64,000 nt of DNA, from contig NW_027266308.1 in NCBI RefSeq assembly GCF_022045235.1, positions 39,556,001-39,620,000 on the forward strand. Direction: 5' to 3'. This stretch comes from Haliotis cracherodii. Its lineage: Eukaryota. The translations under genes and the position numbers were made by a program. The number at the start of each line of letters is the position of its first letter. Position 1 is the first letter of the stretch. Below the pieces are notes generated by a model. It saw only the letters and a list, made by a program, of their open reading frames with translations. It had not been told where the DNA came from and did no database searches. Shown in pieces: positions 52,000-64,000 of this stretch.

Positions 52000-52790
52000 T
52001 CGCAATCAACACGTCAATAAATCATGAAATCAAATAATTACTCCAAACACTGCAGCCTGGATTAGTGACGCGTGCTAACAACATGATGCACCATATTAGC
52101 AACGAAAGTAGCCGCTCCGAGAGAGCTAAGGACTAAATGGACTATCGTGACAGTCGGATGCGGTACTCCTCTCTACTGATTAGGAGTAGAACTCCAACGT
52201 CGGGTCGCAGGAACTTTGTCTTGCCTCTTAAATCTCCTTCAATCGTTCTATTTTGGCGACACATAAAAACTTCTTTATCACACCCATGCCGAGGAAGATC
52301 TAACCTCAAGTCACGTGCTCTAAAAAGCCAATTAATTACAGCATACAGACAGACCTAAGCTCACCTTTAATTTCAATCGTTCTCCACTCTGGGTGGAAGC
52401 GGCTTCAAATAGCGCCAGTGATTTTCCGAACATTTAAACATTCTCAATAATCGCTCGCGCGCCTAACGGAAACTTGACACTGGGTTCAGTGAAATAATTA
52501 GGTCTGTGCACCAAGAACATCCTCTGATCATATTTAAAGGGATATGTAATTACGTTAACATCCGCGTAGGTCGCGTGGACAGGCCGTCGCGAGGCAATAT
52601 TGAGCTTCTTATTTCTGAAACACTAACTGTTCCAGTTGGGCAGAGACAGCATCGAAGTAGCAAGGGATTGTGCGAGTGCATTAGTATTTCATGATGCACT
52701 AAAGCATACAAACGTCTTGAATAATTTCCAGAGACACACAAAGAGAGGAGGAGATTCTAAAAATAGTTCCTGCTTTTTTTCTCACCCAAG
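52000..52790 (+). promoter_or_regulatory. Putative promoter / 5' region of the plus-strand gene
   Basis: Repeat-free and relatively CpG-rich (TCACGTG, TGACGCGT, CGCGCGCC..CGGAAA), immediately upstream of the signal-peptide exon. Confidence 0.35.
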
Positions 52791-52897
52791 CGCAATGCCG
52801 GGATGAAGTGAAGTTCATAGCCTGGAACAGATGTTGGCTGTTCGCCTTGCTGCATGAAGCAAGGATGTGAGACTGGATAAACTATACTAGCCCCATC

Positions 52898-53008
52898 ATG
52901 GTCAGTTTGCTCTATGACCAGTCGGCTTTACCATTAATACTGTCACTCCTGGTTGTGGGCCAGGCATATGAACACTTCGTATGTAACGACGAGTGCTACA
53001 ACATACAG
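52898..53008 (+). CDS. First coding exon of an unidentified secreted or membrane protein (MVSLLYDQSALPLILSLLVVGQA-YEHFVCNDECYNIQ)
   Basis: Kozak-like ATCATGG, 37 codons, hydrophobic signal peptide ending G-Q-A, strong phase-0 donor CAG|GTGAGT. It follows a comparatively CpG-rich, repeat-free region. Confidence 0.7.
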
Positions 53009-56000
53009 GTGAGTGGTGTCAATTGGATTTTTACCTGTGACAATGTTGATGTGTAGTGATTGATAACAGTATTAACTAAAAAAAGACATGTGAAGGTACG
53101 TGCTTGTTATGTTGATGTAACCTATAGTACCAAATACGACAGACTCGCTCTATTATTCGAAGCTATTATTTCCCCATAATGACCATAATCACTTAATTGA
53201 CATGATGTGGAACGGTAATCGCTTTGTCAATGTCAATCTATCAAACACAACACACGCACATTAACGGCGTGATGGTGTGATGGTAATTGTTTATAGAGTG
53301 TTGCTCTTGGTTATGAATGAGGGGAATACACGGTTGATACGTGCAAATATACCGCCAATACTGGCTATCGCCGAGTATATAAGTGACATTACCATTTAGA
53401 AATGAAACCCATCCCTTTATCTGTGAATCAGTTTGTTCTGCGATAGGCATACCGAGACATACATACCTATATACGTTTGACATGGTCCGATGCAATACCG
53501 GACTAATTTTCTACTTATCATTTAACTGTAAATCTAGCCCTATTTCCGTTAGCGCCACTGACAAGTTATCAGAGAGAATATCACATTTCGATACCATGTG
53601 GTTCTTGCTGTGAAACTCAACTCTAACCTTTGACCCCGGTAGGTCACAGAAACGAGGTGTACCCTATATCACATCCAGCTAATAAATTATGTGGATATCG
53701 CTTATCAGTGACATGCATAGGTACAGATATTACAGAAAGAAAACCATATTAAAATTGTGAATTGAATACTTCATATTAATATCCTTGATATGATTCTGTT
53801 TAAAGAAGACATCATTTATAGTGAGTGTCTATTGCTATTTATGTGTAGTATGCTAATATTCGAGTCTGGGCAGACAATTAATTGATTGATATTTTTTGTG
53901 ATATATATATATAAGAAACCAATCCCATTAAAATCAGCTTTGTTTAGCGGTAGCGAGAACTAAGATCTGATTGATATGAAACAAAAATATGACCAAGGGA
54001 CATAATGTTAGGTTAGTGTTTATTATTTAGCACTGCAGTCAGCAATATTCCAGCCACATCACAGCAGCGGGCTAATATTCGAGTCTGGACCAGACAGTCC
54101 ATTGAAGACAGGTAATCAACCAAGTCACAGAGCCTGTCCACTCGATCCATCTTACGTGCCTCTTACAACAAGCACAGGTCACTGGGGACCATTTCTATCT
54201 CTCAATCCAAAAGGGGCCCAAAGACATAAAATAACTATTTATTATAACCATAATAGCTACAACCGTCATATCAATATTGTTTATTGTCATGATTTATTCA
54301 TAGATTATATGAAAACTTCCATCCACCTTCATTACCATTTAGAATACGGAAACTTGGACAGCCCCTAACCCTTGGTGAACGTAACATGCTCTGACACTAG
54401 ACATAACACTTCTCGGTGAAGAAGCAACACGCCTCAACACCTAGTGAACATGTCGAGCACTCGGGATCCCAAGTTGTTCAATGATTACCCAAGAGTCACG
54501 GCGTGCAGTAGCGGGTTATAAATATAAGCATCACAGCATGTTTATTGGTTTGTGTTTGTATATATTGGAGTTATGCTCGAAACGCCTGTATGTTTTCCAG
54601 GCGATAATTACCAAACGAGTGAAAGCATAGTTTACATACATACACTGTATTGTTAAAGTGATCAAATTCTTATAATTGTGAGTTTAGCATATGTAGAATG
54701 CGTTGTTGAAACTATTTAGACTGCATCCTTAATGTATCAATTGTTTCCAGAAATTGTTTTAACATTTTCAAACAGGGATGTGAGTTTTAGCCAAAAGGTG
54801 TATGAGCCTAGTGGAATGTCTTATACTATTCATACATGTGTGAACATGTTAAAAAACACCATGTTATGTTAAAGAAGCCATAAATCAATTTAATTAATAT
54901 CAACATTCAACAATATAAATATTTTCTGATTGAACATGTACAATTCCAGAAAAAGGTTTGCCAGAATGTCGATTTGAACAGAGTATGATACCAATCTGAA
55001 AGTACTTCATTATGTCTGTTACTAACAGCCACAAGCTCGTTCTATTTTGTGGCAGCACGTCATATGATGCTGAAGCAGATTCATAAACACTAATTCATCA
55101 GCAACACCAACCATCCCACACCAGGCAGCATGTCTACAGGCGTGATGCACGTCTTTTATAGTAAACACACGGATCCACTGATTACTTGCATAATGTTAGA
55201 CGTGCGCTTATTTACTGAAGGATATGAGATTTTATGCGTAACTATAGAAATGCGATATTGCTTATCTTGAACAGACAGGACTGTTTCAAATTACATCGGC
55301 CCCTTCACTCAGAGTTATGAGGGTTTGTTTATCAGAGATAATCCGTCGAGGTGTATTCCTGGTACCAGCATATGGTGGCAGATCATGATCCAGGCGTGCT
55401 GCAAGGTGCACGCTCTGACCCCTTCTCTTGGGACAACTGTTCACACAAGCCTGTAAATTATGTAGTTTGGCTCGACTGTTTTGTAGTAAGTATTGCCATG
55501 CGATATCCGATGATGCATGGTCAATGTAAACACCCGCACCAGTGTATACATATAGCTGATGTTGCTGTAAGGGTATGTGAGATCCCGGTATTCATTTCCT
55601 TCAACAAATAAAGGTCGATGTACTTAAAGAGAATAGCTTTAACTATCAGATTCTCCACCGTCTGTACATTTGAATGTCGGACGTTTTAATCAGTTGTTCT
55701 GCTGGTATTTGGAATCAATATCTTCTATATAATCTAATCTGATCGGTCGTGATATGTGTCAAATTAGTTTTATGAATAACTAAAATGTTAACCTGTAGAT
55801 TTGCAGTTAACCCGCCATAATAATACTGTGTGAACCCCATGGGGATTCAGGGTAAGAATAATGGTCCCTAGGAACTTACGCTGGTCGTAAAGGCTAACTC
55901 AGTGGTCCGAGTGGTTAGACTTGGTGACTTGCTTGATTGTATGTCATAGTACCCCGACAGCATGGATCGTTGTTCATAATATCAATCACTGGATTGTCGG

Positions 56001-56974
56001 ATCCTGACGCAAATTGTTACAGGCCGCCGTATAACAGCTGGAATATTGGTTAAGTGCTGCGTTAAACCAGAAATTAAACACACAAATGATACTGTGTATA
56101 TAATATTAGTTTTATTAAAGCGCTAATCATTCAGCTAGGCCTGTACAACGTTACGTTTGTATCTGTATATGCCCAATGGTATTTTTGATATGCGTACTCA
56201 TTAAATATATATTAACAGTGAAATAAATGTCAGCTGTTTCGAAACATTAAATGTATAACATATACATAAAAATAAATACATGATCATGAAACTTGCAATA
56301 ACCATTACTATTTTATTGTCTTAAAATTATGATTCCGTCTGTGTATATTACAAAACGACCTTTTAGATCAATTACCACAGTAGCAGTCATACATCAGAAG
56401 CAGGGTATTGCCTTGTCCAAATATTGACAAGTGTGACATATAACTGAAATATAATATTTTCTCATAAGTTAAATGTAACATCAAACTGACGTTAATTGAA
56501 AACGGGAACTCTTTTTATGGCTATGACAGGCAGTAATTTGTACGAATGATACTGAGCATAACACAGTTGACATCCATTTCCAACACCTGTGATGTGAACG
56601 TCACATGTCATTATATTATTGCAACGATCAATAACATCAAACGAATCATGCTGTCAGCGAAGTATGGTATTTGTATCGTCACCACGAGGTTATGAACATG
56701 TCATGTTTGTGTAAAGCATAACCCAAACACAATAAAACGTCTTGATTACTTTATGCATGAAATTTAGAAAGGGTCAATATGTGGCTGATGCAAGATTTTA
56801 TAACTATAATGAAAAACATAAATTGATTTCAATTTAAGATCTTTTCCATATATATCAATTTGCTGTCGCTTGTCAGAAAACGTTTAATGAAAATACAAGG
56901 TGTTCAATATGATTGAATGGGCATGTGTCATCTGCATGCCCACACAGAAAGGTCCCTGTGACACAGATATGTTG

Positions 56975-57149
56975 TGGGCGGTCGGGTAGCCTAGTGGTTA
57001 AAGCGTTCGCTCGTCACGCCGAAGACCCGGGTTCGATTCCCGACATGGGTACAATGTGTGAAGCCCATTTCTGGCGTCTGGCGTCCCCCGCCGTGATATT
57101 GCTGGAATATTGCTAAAAGCGGCGTAAAACCATACTCACTCACTCACTC
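56975..57149 (+). mobile_element. SINE B (further copies at 31918-31990, 32431-32576, 51259-51408, 63620-63784)
   Basis: TSD CACAGATATGTTGT. Confidence 0.92.
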
Positions 57150-57490
57150 ACAGATATGTTGTAATACATTAAAATGAGTATTGAATGGACACAATGGCTG
57201 TTGATTACAGAATGTATATGTGACATCATACTCGACGTCGAGTATCCACACTATCAGCCACTGGTTTACCGAATCAAACCTGACAGTCGTTGTGGTACAG
57301 CTGTATCAACGATGAAGTAATGTCGCTCACCTTGTCGCATACCGAATACCAACCACTTCTAACAATGCTACAAAACACGAATGCACCAGTAAATAAACTA
57401 GTACGAATCACAACAAAATAGTAATTTAACGTGCACAATAGATATATCGTATCACATTCTCAAGATGGTAGATCCTAGAAACATATGTCA

Positions 57491-57750
57491 ACCCCTGAAG
57501 ATCCGGGGTAGAATAGGTCTCCAACAACCCATGTTTGTCGTAATAGGCGACTATGCTTGTGGCAAGAGGTGAATAACGGGATCGGGGGGTCAGGCGCGCT
57601 AACTTGGTTGATGCGTGTCGTCGTATTACCAATTGCGTGGATCGATGCTCATGATACCAATCACTGGTCTATACTGGATTATTTATAGACCGCCGTCATA
57701 TAGCTGGAATATTGCTGAGTGCGGCGTTAAAATACGAAGAAACGAACAAA
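57491..57750 (+). mobile_element. SINE-like family A (partial copies also at 4262-4432, 22583-22758, 38385-38597, 39553-39712, 42015-42180)
   Basis: Matches the consensus. Confidence 0.87.
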
Positions 57751-58605
57751 CTTTCATGTGTCGTGGCTGAACTTGTAACAACATCATCAACCAGTACATG
57801 TATCTCAGGGATATAGCATAATCTTATAATGTCATTCGAGCATTAACTCTACAGGTATTTTGGGCATTCGATGAATGTGAAACATTTTGATGAACGCTAC
57901 CATTTCAAATTAACCGTTTATGCTTTCAACTCTGAGCTTAAACGATGTATATTTACAACTTTTACTTTCACATCCAATTAAGACCTAGAGTGAGTGAGTG
58001 AGTTGGGTTTAAATCTGCATTGAACAATATTGCAGTTATATCACGGCTTGATGCGGGACGAAAGCTCGAAGTGATGCAGGTCTCCGGCGCGTATCACTTT
58101 GGTGAAACCAACAGGAACGGGTATAGTGCCTTACAAACCAAGAAACATAACCGGTATTTGAATGCACAACCACAGCTTTCTGTCGTGAACAATGGAGGCA
58201 GCGAATTGCGGCGCCTTAGACGACTAGGCCACCTAGACGTTTTATGAGCTTGGTTAACTCTTTATGGTTCGTATGGTACGGCATACACTTAGCGCAGAAT
58301 ATTCAACGAGTCCCGAGAAACATTCAGCTACAGACATCTACAAGGCAAATGTATATCGATATATTCAGCTGAACAAGCATTTCGAATAAACGAGGATAGT
58401 GAATTAAAATGAGACCAAAAGATGACAATTAGGATGACATTTATCATTTGGAAATTATTTTGGTATTGATTAGCTATCTTGTCATTGAAAACCTTCTCGT
58501 GCCTTGTAAGGCAGCTTGGACTGTATTATCTCCATGAATCAAAGGATGAAATTCTAATGCACTGATTCTTTGACCATTAGCATTCGCTTGATGAATTGAT
58601 TGGCC

Positions 58606-58647
<42 letters not shown>

Positions 58648-61061
58648 TCCTCCTCAGTATCCTCATTATCATCATCATTTAATCTATTTTTTACCCTTTC
58701 TCATTATCACAATGAGTTTTAAGTAGACATAGTGAAATGCTTAAACTCGATATTGGAGTTAAAGGGTTAACTCTATGTATCTTGAACACACATTAGTCAT
58801 TAGGAAACTGTAATGTGTATCCGTATGATTTTTTTTTATCTTGATCAATGAAAATGAGGTTTTCAGTTTATAATAAGGGAAGACAGATTTCTCTGTGGAA
58901 TATATGGATCGAAATGAGATCTCGCGATGTATAGTCTCCCGTTGTGGTAGGATTTCATATTTGGTATTTAGAAGCAATGATAATCAGTAGGATGCCAGCT
59001 TGTCGTCACATCTTATTAAAATAATTAATAGTAAATGAATTACATTTCAAACTTCTCCTTTAACGTGTTTCTGTGGGAACAATTTAGAGTCAGTCAAACG
59101 AAAAGCGTCATGAAGGCTGCCCCAACTAATAATTTGTAAAGCTTAAATGTTTATCTTAGAGTAAATCAATGTTCCACATTCATGTTTGGCTCAACAAACT
59201 CAATGTTCGTAAATTTCGTTCATCATTTATACTGTTCTTGATGGAGCACATCAGAACAAGCGTTCTCAAGCTTCAACTGTAAAGAGGGAACTACTGTATA
59301 GTTTGCTTTGAAAGAATATCACCTCTTAATTCATAGCTTCAATATGTGTAAGAAGCTTGAAGGATGCGATGGTTAGTTAGGTTTAACGTCTTCGCCGCGC
59401 CTCAAACCATTATTTTAGTGTCTGTTTATGTGAGAAATGTTCCATCAACCATGTACTATGACATTTAACTAATCTGTGCTATCACTATACAATTGTCTAC
59501 ATTACATGTTACGTCTTCCAACAAATAAAACATGAACAATTTGTGACGAAATTATTTGTTTTCAAGAGTAATGGTCTTGAAAAGAATTCTTTCAAAACGA
59601 CCGAAATAACTACTGCGAAGAAAGTCAATGGGTTTCTGTTATGTGTAAATGCAACGTATGATAGTTGTAAGATTAAGAAAGTGATCCTTGATTTCAAGAT
59701 CTTCCGCGTCTCAATGCAATGTGTGACAGTTGTAAGATTAATTACGTAACCCTCGATTACAAGCTTTCATGCTTCGATGGGTTCATATTGGTTCGTTTTG
59801 AAGGGGGCATGGGTGAGATTGTTGTCATAGAGCTCCATAGATCGTCGTGCAGAATTGCATCCCTCAGATTCAGGATCCCATCAGGATGCAATGATGCTAG
59901 AGTCACCCCATCCATTACCACCGGTCAGTCATGGAATATCCATGCTGGTTTGTTTATAAAAAAAGATGTAAACGTCTTTGCGATATAATCTCTACTACAT
60001 AAAACTCTACTACATTATTTTGTCGAGTCTTTATTTCTGTGTTCCTCATTTAAAGACAAATAAACAAGCGTTGTAAATTCATATTTTCATTTCAGAGACT
60101 CAATATTTGTCTAGTTAAGATCAAAACTTGATTTAGTTTGTCGTTTAGTGGTCTGAGGCTTGTTACCTTGAATCAGTGCCTTTGCATGTGTTTGTGACAG
60201 GTGCCACCGGTGGGGCAGTATACACGCACCTTTTCGCGAACACCTGTATCACATCACTATTTGATGATGATTCATAAACAAATGCTCATGAAACAGGAAT
60301 AGTACAATCAACTCTGCTTTTAGCACAGATTTCTTGTGGCTATGGGAAAAAGGGGTTTGTCGCTTTTATTTTCTTCACAAGCTGTTGTGTGGAATCGCGT
60401 CTCTTAAATGTCAGGATCCAATGATCCTGGAATCTCCCTTTGTTCGTTAGCGTTTTTGTCGACAAAATCATAAACGTCGTCAATCTGTGTCAATACGGGT
60501 TATTGATATGGTAATACGTGTTGTGTTTGACATATTGCTTTTATATAAACCTTTGATGCAGTAATAACATGATTATTAATCCACAACTTGTCATGGTTAT
60601 GGCCGAAACAATGTCGAAACGACGTTAAAGTTTAACTCACTCATTCAAAATGGTATTTCCTCCAAAATCTTATGACATAACATGCATAATTAACGGAAAT
60701 TTGGCCTAACTCACAAACTCAACATTTTACGTGACAGGTTACGAGTCTTATATTGCAAATGGAAACGTTTCAAGAACTCTCTAAATATATTACTGTATAA
60801 ACAACCCAAGAAAGCGTTTGGCAAAATCTGCAGTTTCTGCTCATCAGAGCATGGGGAATTATTATGCCATGCGCTTTAACAATACAGCTAAATGGAGAAC
60901 CACATTTCGGAGATGAAAGAAAACATATTCCTGGAACATTTGAAGATGAAGCATTCAACCACAGGAACGTATAATCGTTTTTACATTACGTAATTGTTGT
61001 AATGGCATTAACGCCCGGGGATTCGTCCTCAGACGCTAGTTTACCTTTGTTTCCGTTACAG

Positions 61062-61092
61062 TGTGTTTATCTCAAGAGAATGTCTCAGTTTG
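61062..61092 (+). CDS. Candidate 31-nt internal exon (CVYLKRMSQF..) of the gene starting at 52898
   Basis: Acceptor TTTGTTTCCGTTACAG, donor TTG|GTACGT, open in phase 0 and compatible with the upstream exon. Confidence 0.4.
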
Positions 61093-61159
61093 GTACGTGC
61101 CCTCAGCTATACCGCCATGTCACATACAAGGCCTCACAGCATGAAAAGACAGGTTTCCG

Positions 61160-61455
61160 TTTTCGGGAAATTTTCCGGACGCCTTCCTTTGGCAACCAGA
61201 AGGTTTCACTAGTAGCGGGATACCAACTTACAGTTTTCGGGAAACTTTCCAGACGCCTTCCTTTGGCAACCAGAAGGTTTCACTGGTAGCGGGATACCAA
61301 CTTACAGTTTTCGGGAAACTTTCCGGACGCCTTTCCTTTGGCAACGAGAAGATTTCACTGGTAGCGGGATACCAACTTACAGTTTTCGGGAAACTTTCCG
61401 GACGCCTTTCCTTTGGCAACCAGAAGGTTTCACTGGTAGCGGGATACCAACTTAC
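61160..61455. repeat. 74-75-bp tandem repeat, 4 copies
   Basis: Units start at 61160, 61234, 61308 and 61383. Confidence 0.95.
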
Positions 61456-64000
61456 ATCTCTTGCAACTTCTTACACTTTTTTACATTGGTCCAATGATGT
61501 CATGGCATGAGGTACATGGACGGCTAATTTTTTGTCTCCACCATGTCATCTGAAGAAGGGGGAACCATTCTGCCCCATAACATACATATCATACATCAGT
61601 ATTCTAAATACGGTCATATCATAATGAACATACATGTATGCATGCATCCATTCATACCAGTACGTACATGAACACGCATACACATACACACACACGTTCA
61701 CGCACATACACGCACGTTCGCACACACGCTCAGTAATCATCATGAAATTTCTGGACTAACGGTCTCCCAGTTAACGAGGGTTTACTATTTACAGATTGAA
61801 ACTCGTATTAGCCATACGCTTCCAATTTAGATTTATCTAAGAAATATTAAATTCAGTTAAAACATAACGATGTTGATATCATGCCAGACGTTCAAATATT
61901 TTGAACATTGATTTACTCTATTTCTCTTCAGGAAATCTTTTACAAATAACACATGGCTTCTTCTCTCGGAACAAAAACATTTTACTCTTTCTGACAGCAG
62001 TCACAATTGTTTACCTCAAAATCATTTGTTCCTTAAGAATTCAAACTCTTTAGCCACAACTATCTCCATAATTTGATTAAAATGCCCTGCCTTTCAATCA
62101 TGTTGCTCCAATTGTGTTTACTTTACTTTGTCCGTATATTCTAGGAATGCTCGGGTTGTAAATAACATTACATATTGACACGACGTCTCCATGGACACGA
62201 TGTGTGCACTGTCAGAGTGTGATTAATTTGTGCTTTTTAGAAGTCAATACTTAACGGAATCGCAATTGTATACTTTTCCTTGCAATGTGTTCACTCTTTC
62301 AAGCATCCAATACAGTGACGCTGTTCATGAAATACATATCTGTGTTACACTTCACAGGTTCAAGATAGCGACCACAACATAATGTAACCAAATTAGGCTT
62401 TTAATGTAGAAAACCTGCTTAATGTCTTGTGGTAGCCGTGTTTACGACTGGCTGAGCTTCGGGTTAGTAGCTTCGGAGCGCCAGACTTTCGATTTCTTGT
62501 GCGTTAAATGTCCAATCCAATTTCACTAGTTTGACAAGTTTGTTTCAAGTTAAAATATATATTCTATCCACGCTGGCGTTCTGGACATAATTCTTCAACT
62601 ATCTCCTTTTCCGTACTTCCAAACGATGTAATTTCATTAGAGATAATAACTTAATTATCACTTCAGCTGGAGCGGAAAAGTAAGTCAGTATTAGATTGGA
62701 TATTAAGAAACTCTAGAGATTTCCTGAAGACGTTTTCGACCAGATTTCATCTTCCACAAACCCCCCAAAGTAACATGTTTCGCCTACACTCAATAAAAAC
62801 ACACACGTTCGGCAGCGAAAATGTAATTGCCACAATATCTGACTTCTGGTATTAAGAATTTTTCATTCCATGTTTCTCGATTGTCATTTTTTTAAATCCC
62901 CAATCACGTTATGTTGTAAAAACGTGTTTCAGTTTAACAAATAACAGACTAAAGAAATCCATTGGAGTCACATTCAGCAAAAAATGATAATCATAAAAAG
63001 ATAAGTTTTACTGGGAAATATATTTGATTATTTCTACAACCCACACACGTGTCATACGATACTGAAATGACAATAATAAACTAGATTTCTCAAAACATGT
63101 TTAGAAAGGCGCTGGAGTATCAAGTAGTACACGTACAGCTAATTATATATGCTGTAATCACTACCAGGATGACAACTAATCATCTACATTTGCAATAATA
63201 ATTGTATTAATTACAGGATAATCAATGTTCTATTCGACGTTTGTAATAAAAAATGATGTTCGCGAAGTACTTGCAATTATTGGGAATTATCATTCTCTTC
63301 AGTTAAAATGCCACCACAGAACATCAGCCATGACATGACATGACATGACATGACATGACATGACAGTGTAATACTCGGAGGTGTTCCTCTAGCGAATTAT
63401 GGAACTATTATTGAAGGTGTTATTCGAGATAATAGGTCCCCAGAACTCCTACTTGAAAGGGCTGACTGAAATGACCAAGTGGTTATGATGTGTGAGCCTC
63501 ATGATATCAACCACTGGTTTGTTTGATGCAAACACAATGTTTGTGTTACAACCTTGATATAACTGTAGTATTGGTGACTACAGCATGCAAATGAGATGAT
63601 GAGTTTTTTAGGATTTAGAAGTGAGTATGGGTTTATGTAACATTTAGCAATATTACTTAAAACAATACATCACGTCGGAGGATATCACAAACGGGCTTTA
63701 CAGGTTGCATCCATTTGGGGAATCGAACCCGGGTCTTCGGCGTGACGAGCCAACGCTTTAACCACTAAGCTACCCCAAGGCCCCTCCGGGTTAGAATAGG
63801 TCCCCAACAACATTTGCTGGTCGTAAGTGACGAGTGGGCGCTTTGGTCAGAACGCTTTGATCAGAACAAGCGACCCAGTTGGGATTTACATCACTGTTAA
63901 CATTAATCTAGCTATATTATCGTCAGTTATCTGGGTCTTCTGCGTGACAAACCAACCACTAGTCATCTAATATATTCCGCACGTCTGACAACACATATTT

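Noticed and set aside
61932-62075. Possible third exon of the plus-strand gene after TTTCTCTTCAG
   Set aside because: The acceptor is good, but the frame is AT-rich with no convincing donor or protein-like content.

Overview
This is eukaryotic, AT-rich, repeat-dense animal DNA. The SINE repertoire resembles a gastropod mollusc such as abalone, which is an inference from recalled repeat similarity. The only long ORF encodes a bacterial-type M4 (thermolysin/pseudolysin/vibriolysin family) zinc metalloprotease on the minus strand. It is best read as a 2-exon gene: a 46-nt signal-peptide exon at 10447-10492, a phase-1 intron, and a 1925-nt exon at 7303-9227, giving 656 aa. A near-identical signal-peptide exon at 2043-2088 lies inside a duplicated upstream block, so a tandem paralog probably continues off the left edge. 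This points to a domesticated, duplicated, probably horizontally acquired protease family. A second gene starts on the plus strand at 52898 (signal peptide plus Cys-containing exon, preceded by five tiny upstream ORFs). The rest is mobile DNA: three tRNA-headed SINE families (B, C, D), and a very abundant headless SINE-like family (A) whose uniform 5' end folds into a covarying pseudoknot-like structure (candidate ribozyme or other RNA module). There are also two Tc1 elements with intact TIRs, mariner relics, MITEs, Penelope-like RT relics, local duplications, and mini- and microsatellites. Most other ORFs in the track are spurious or transposase fragments.
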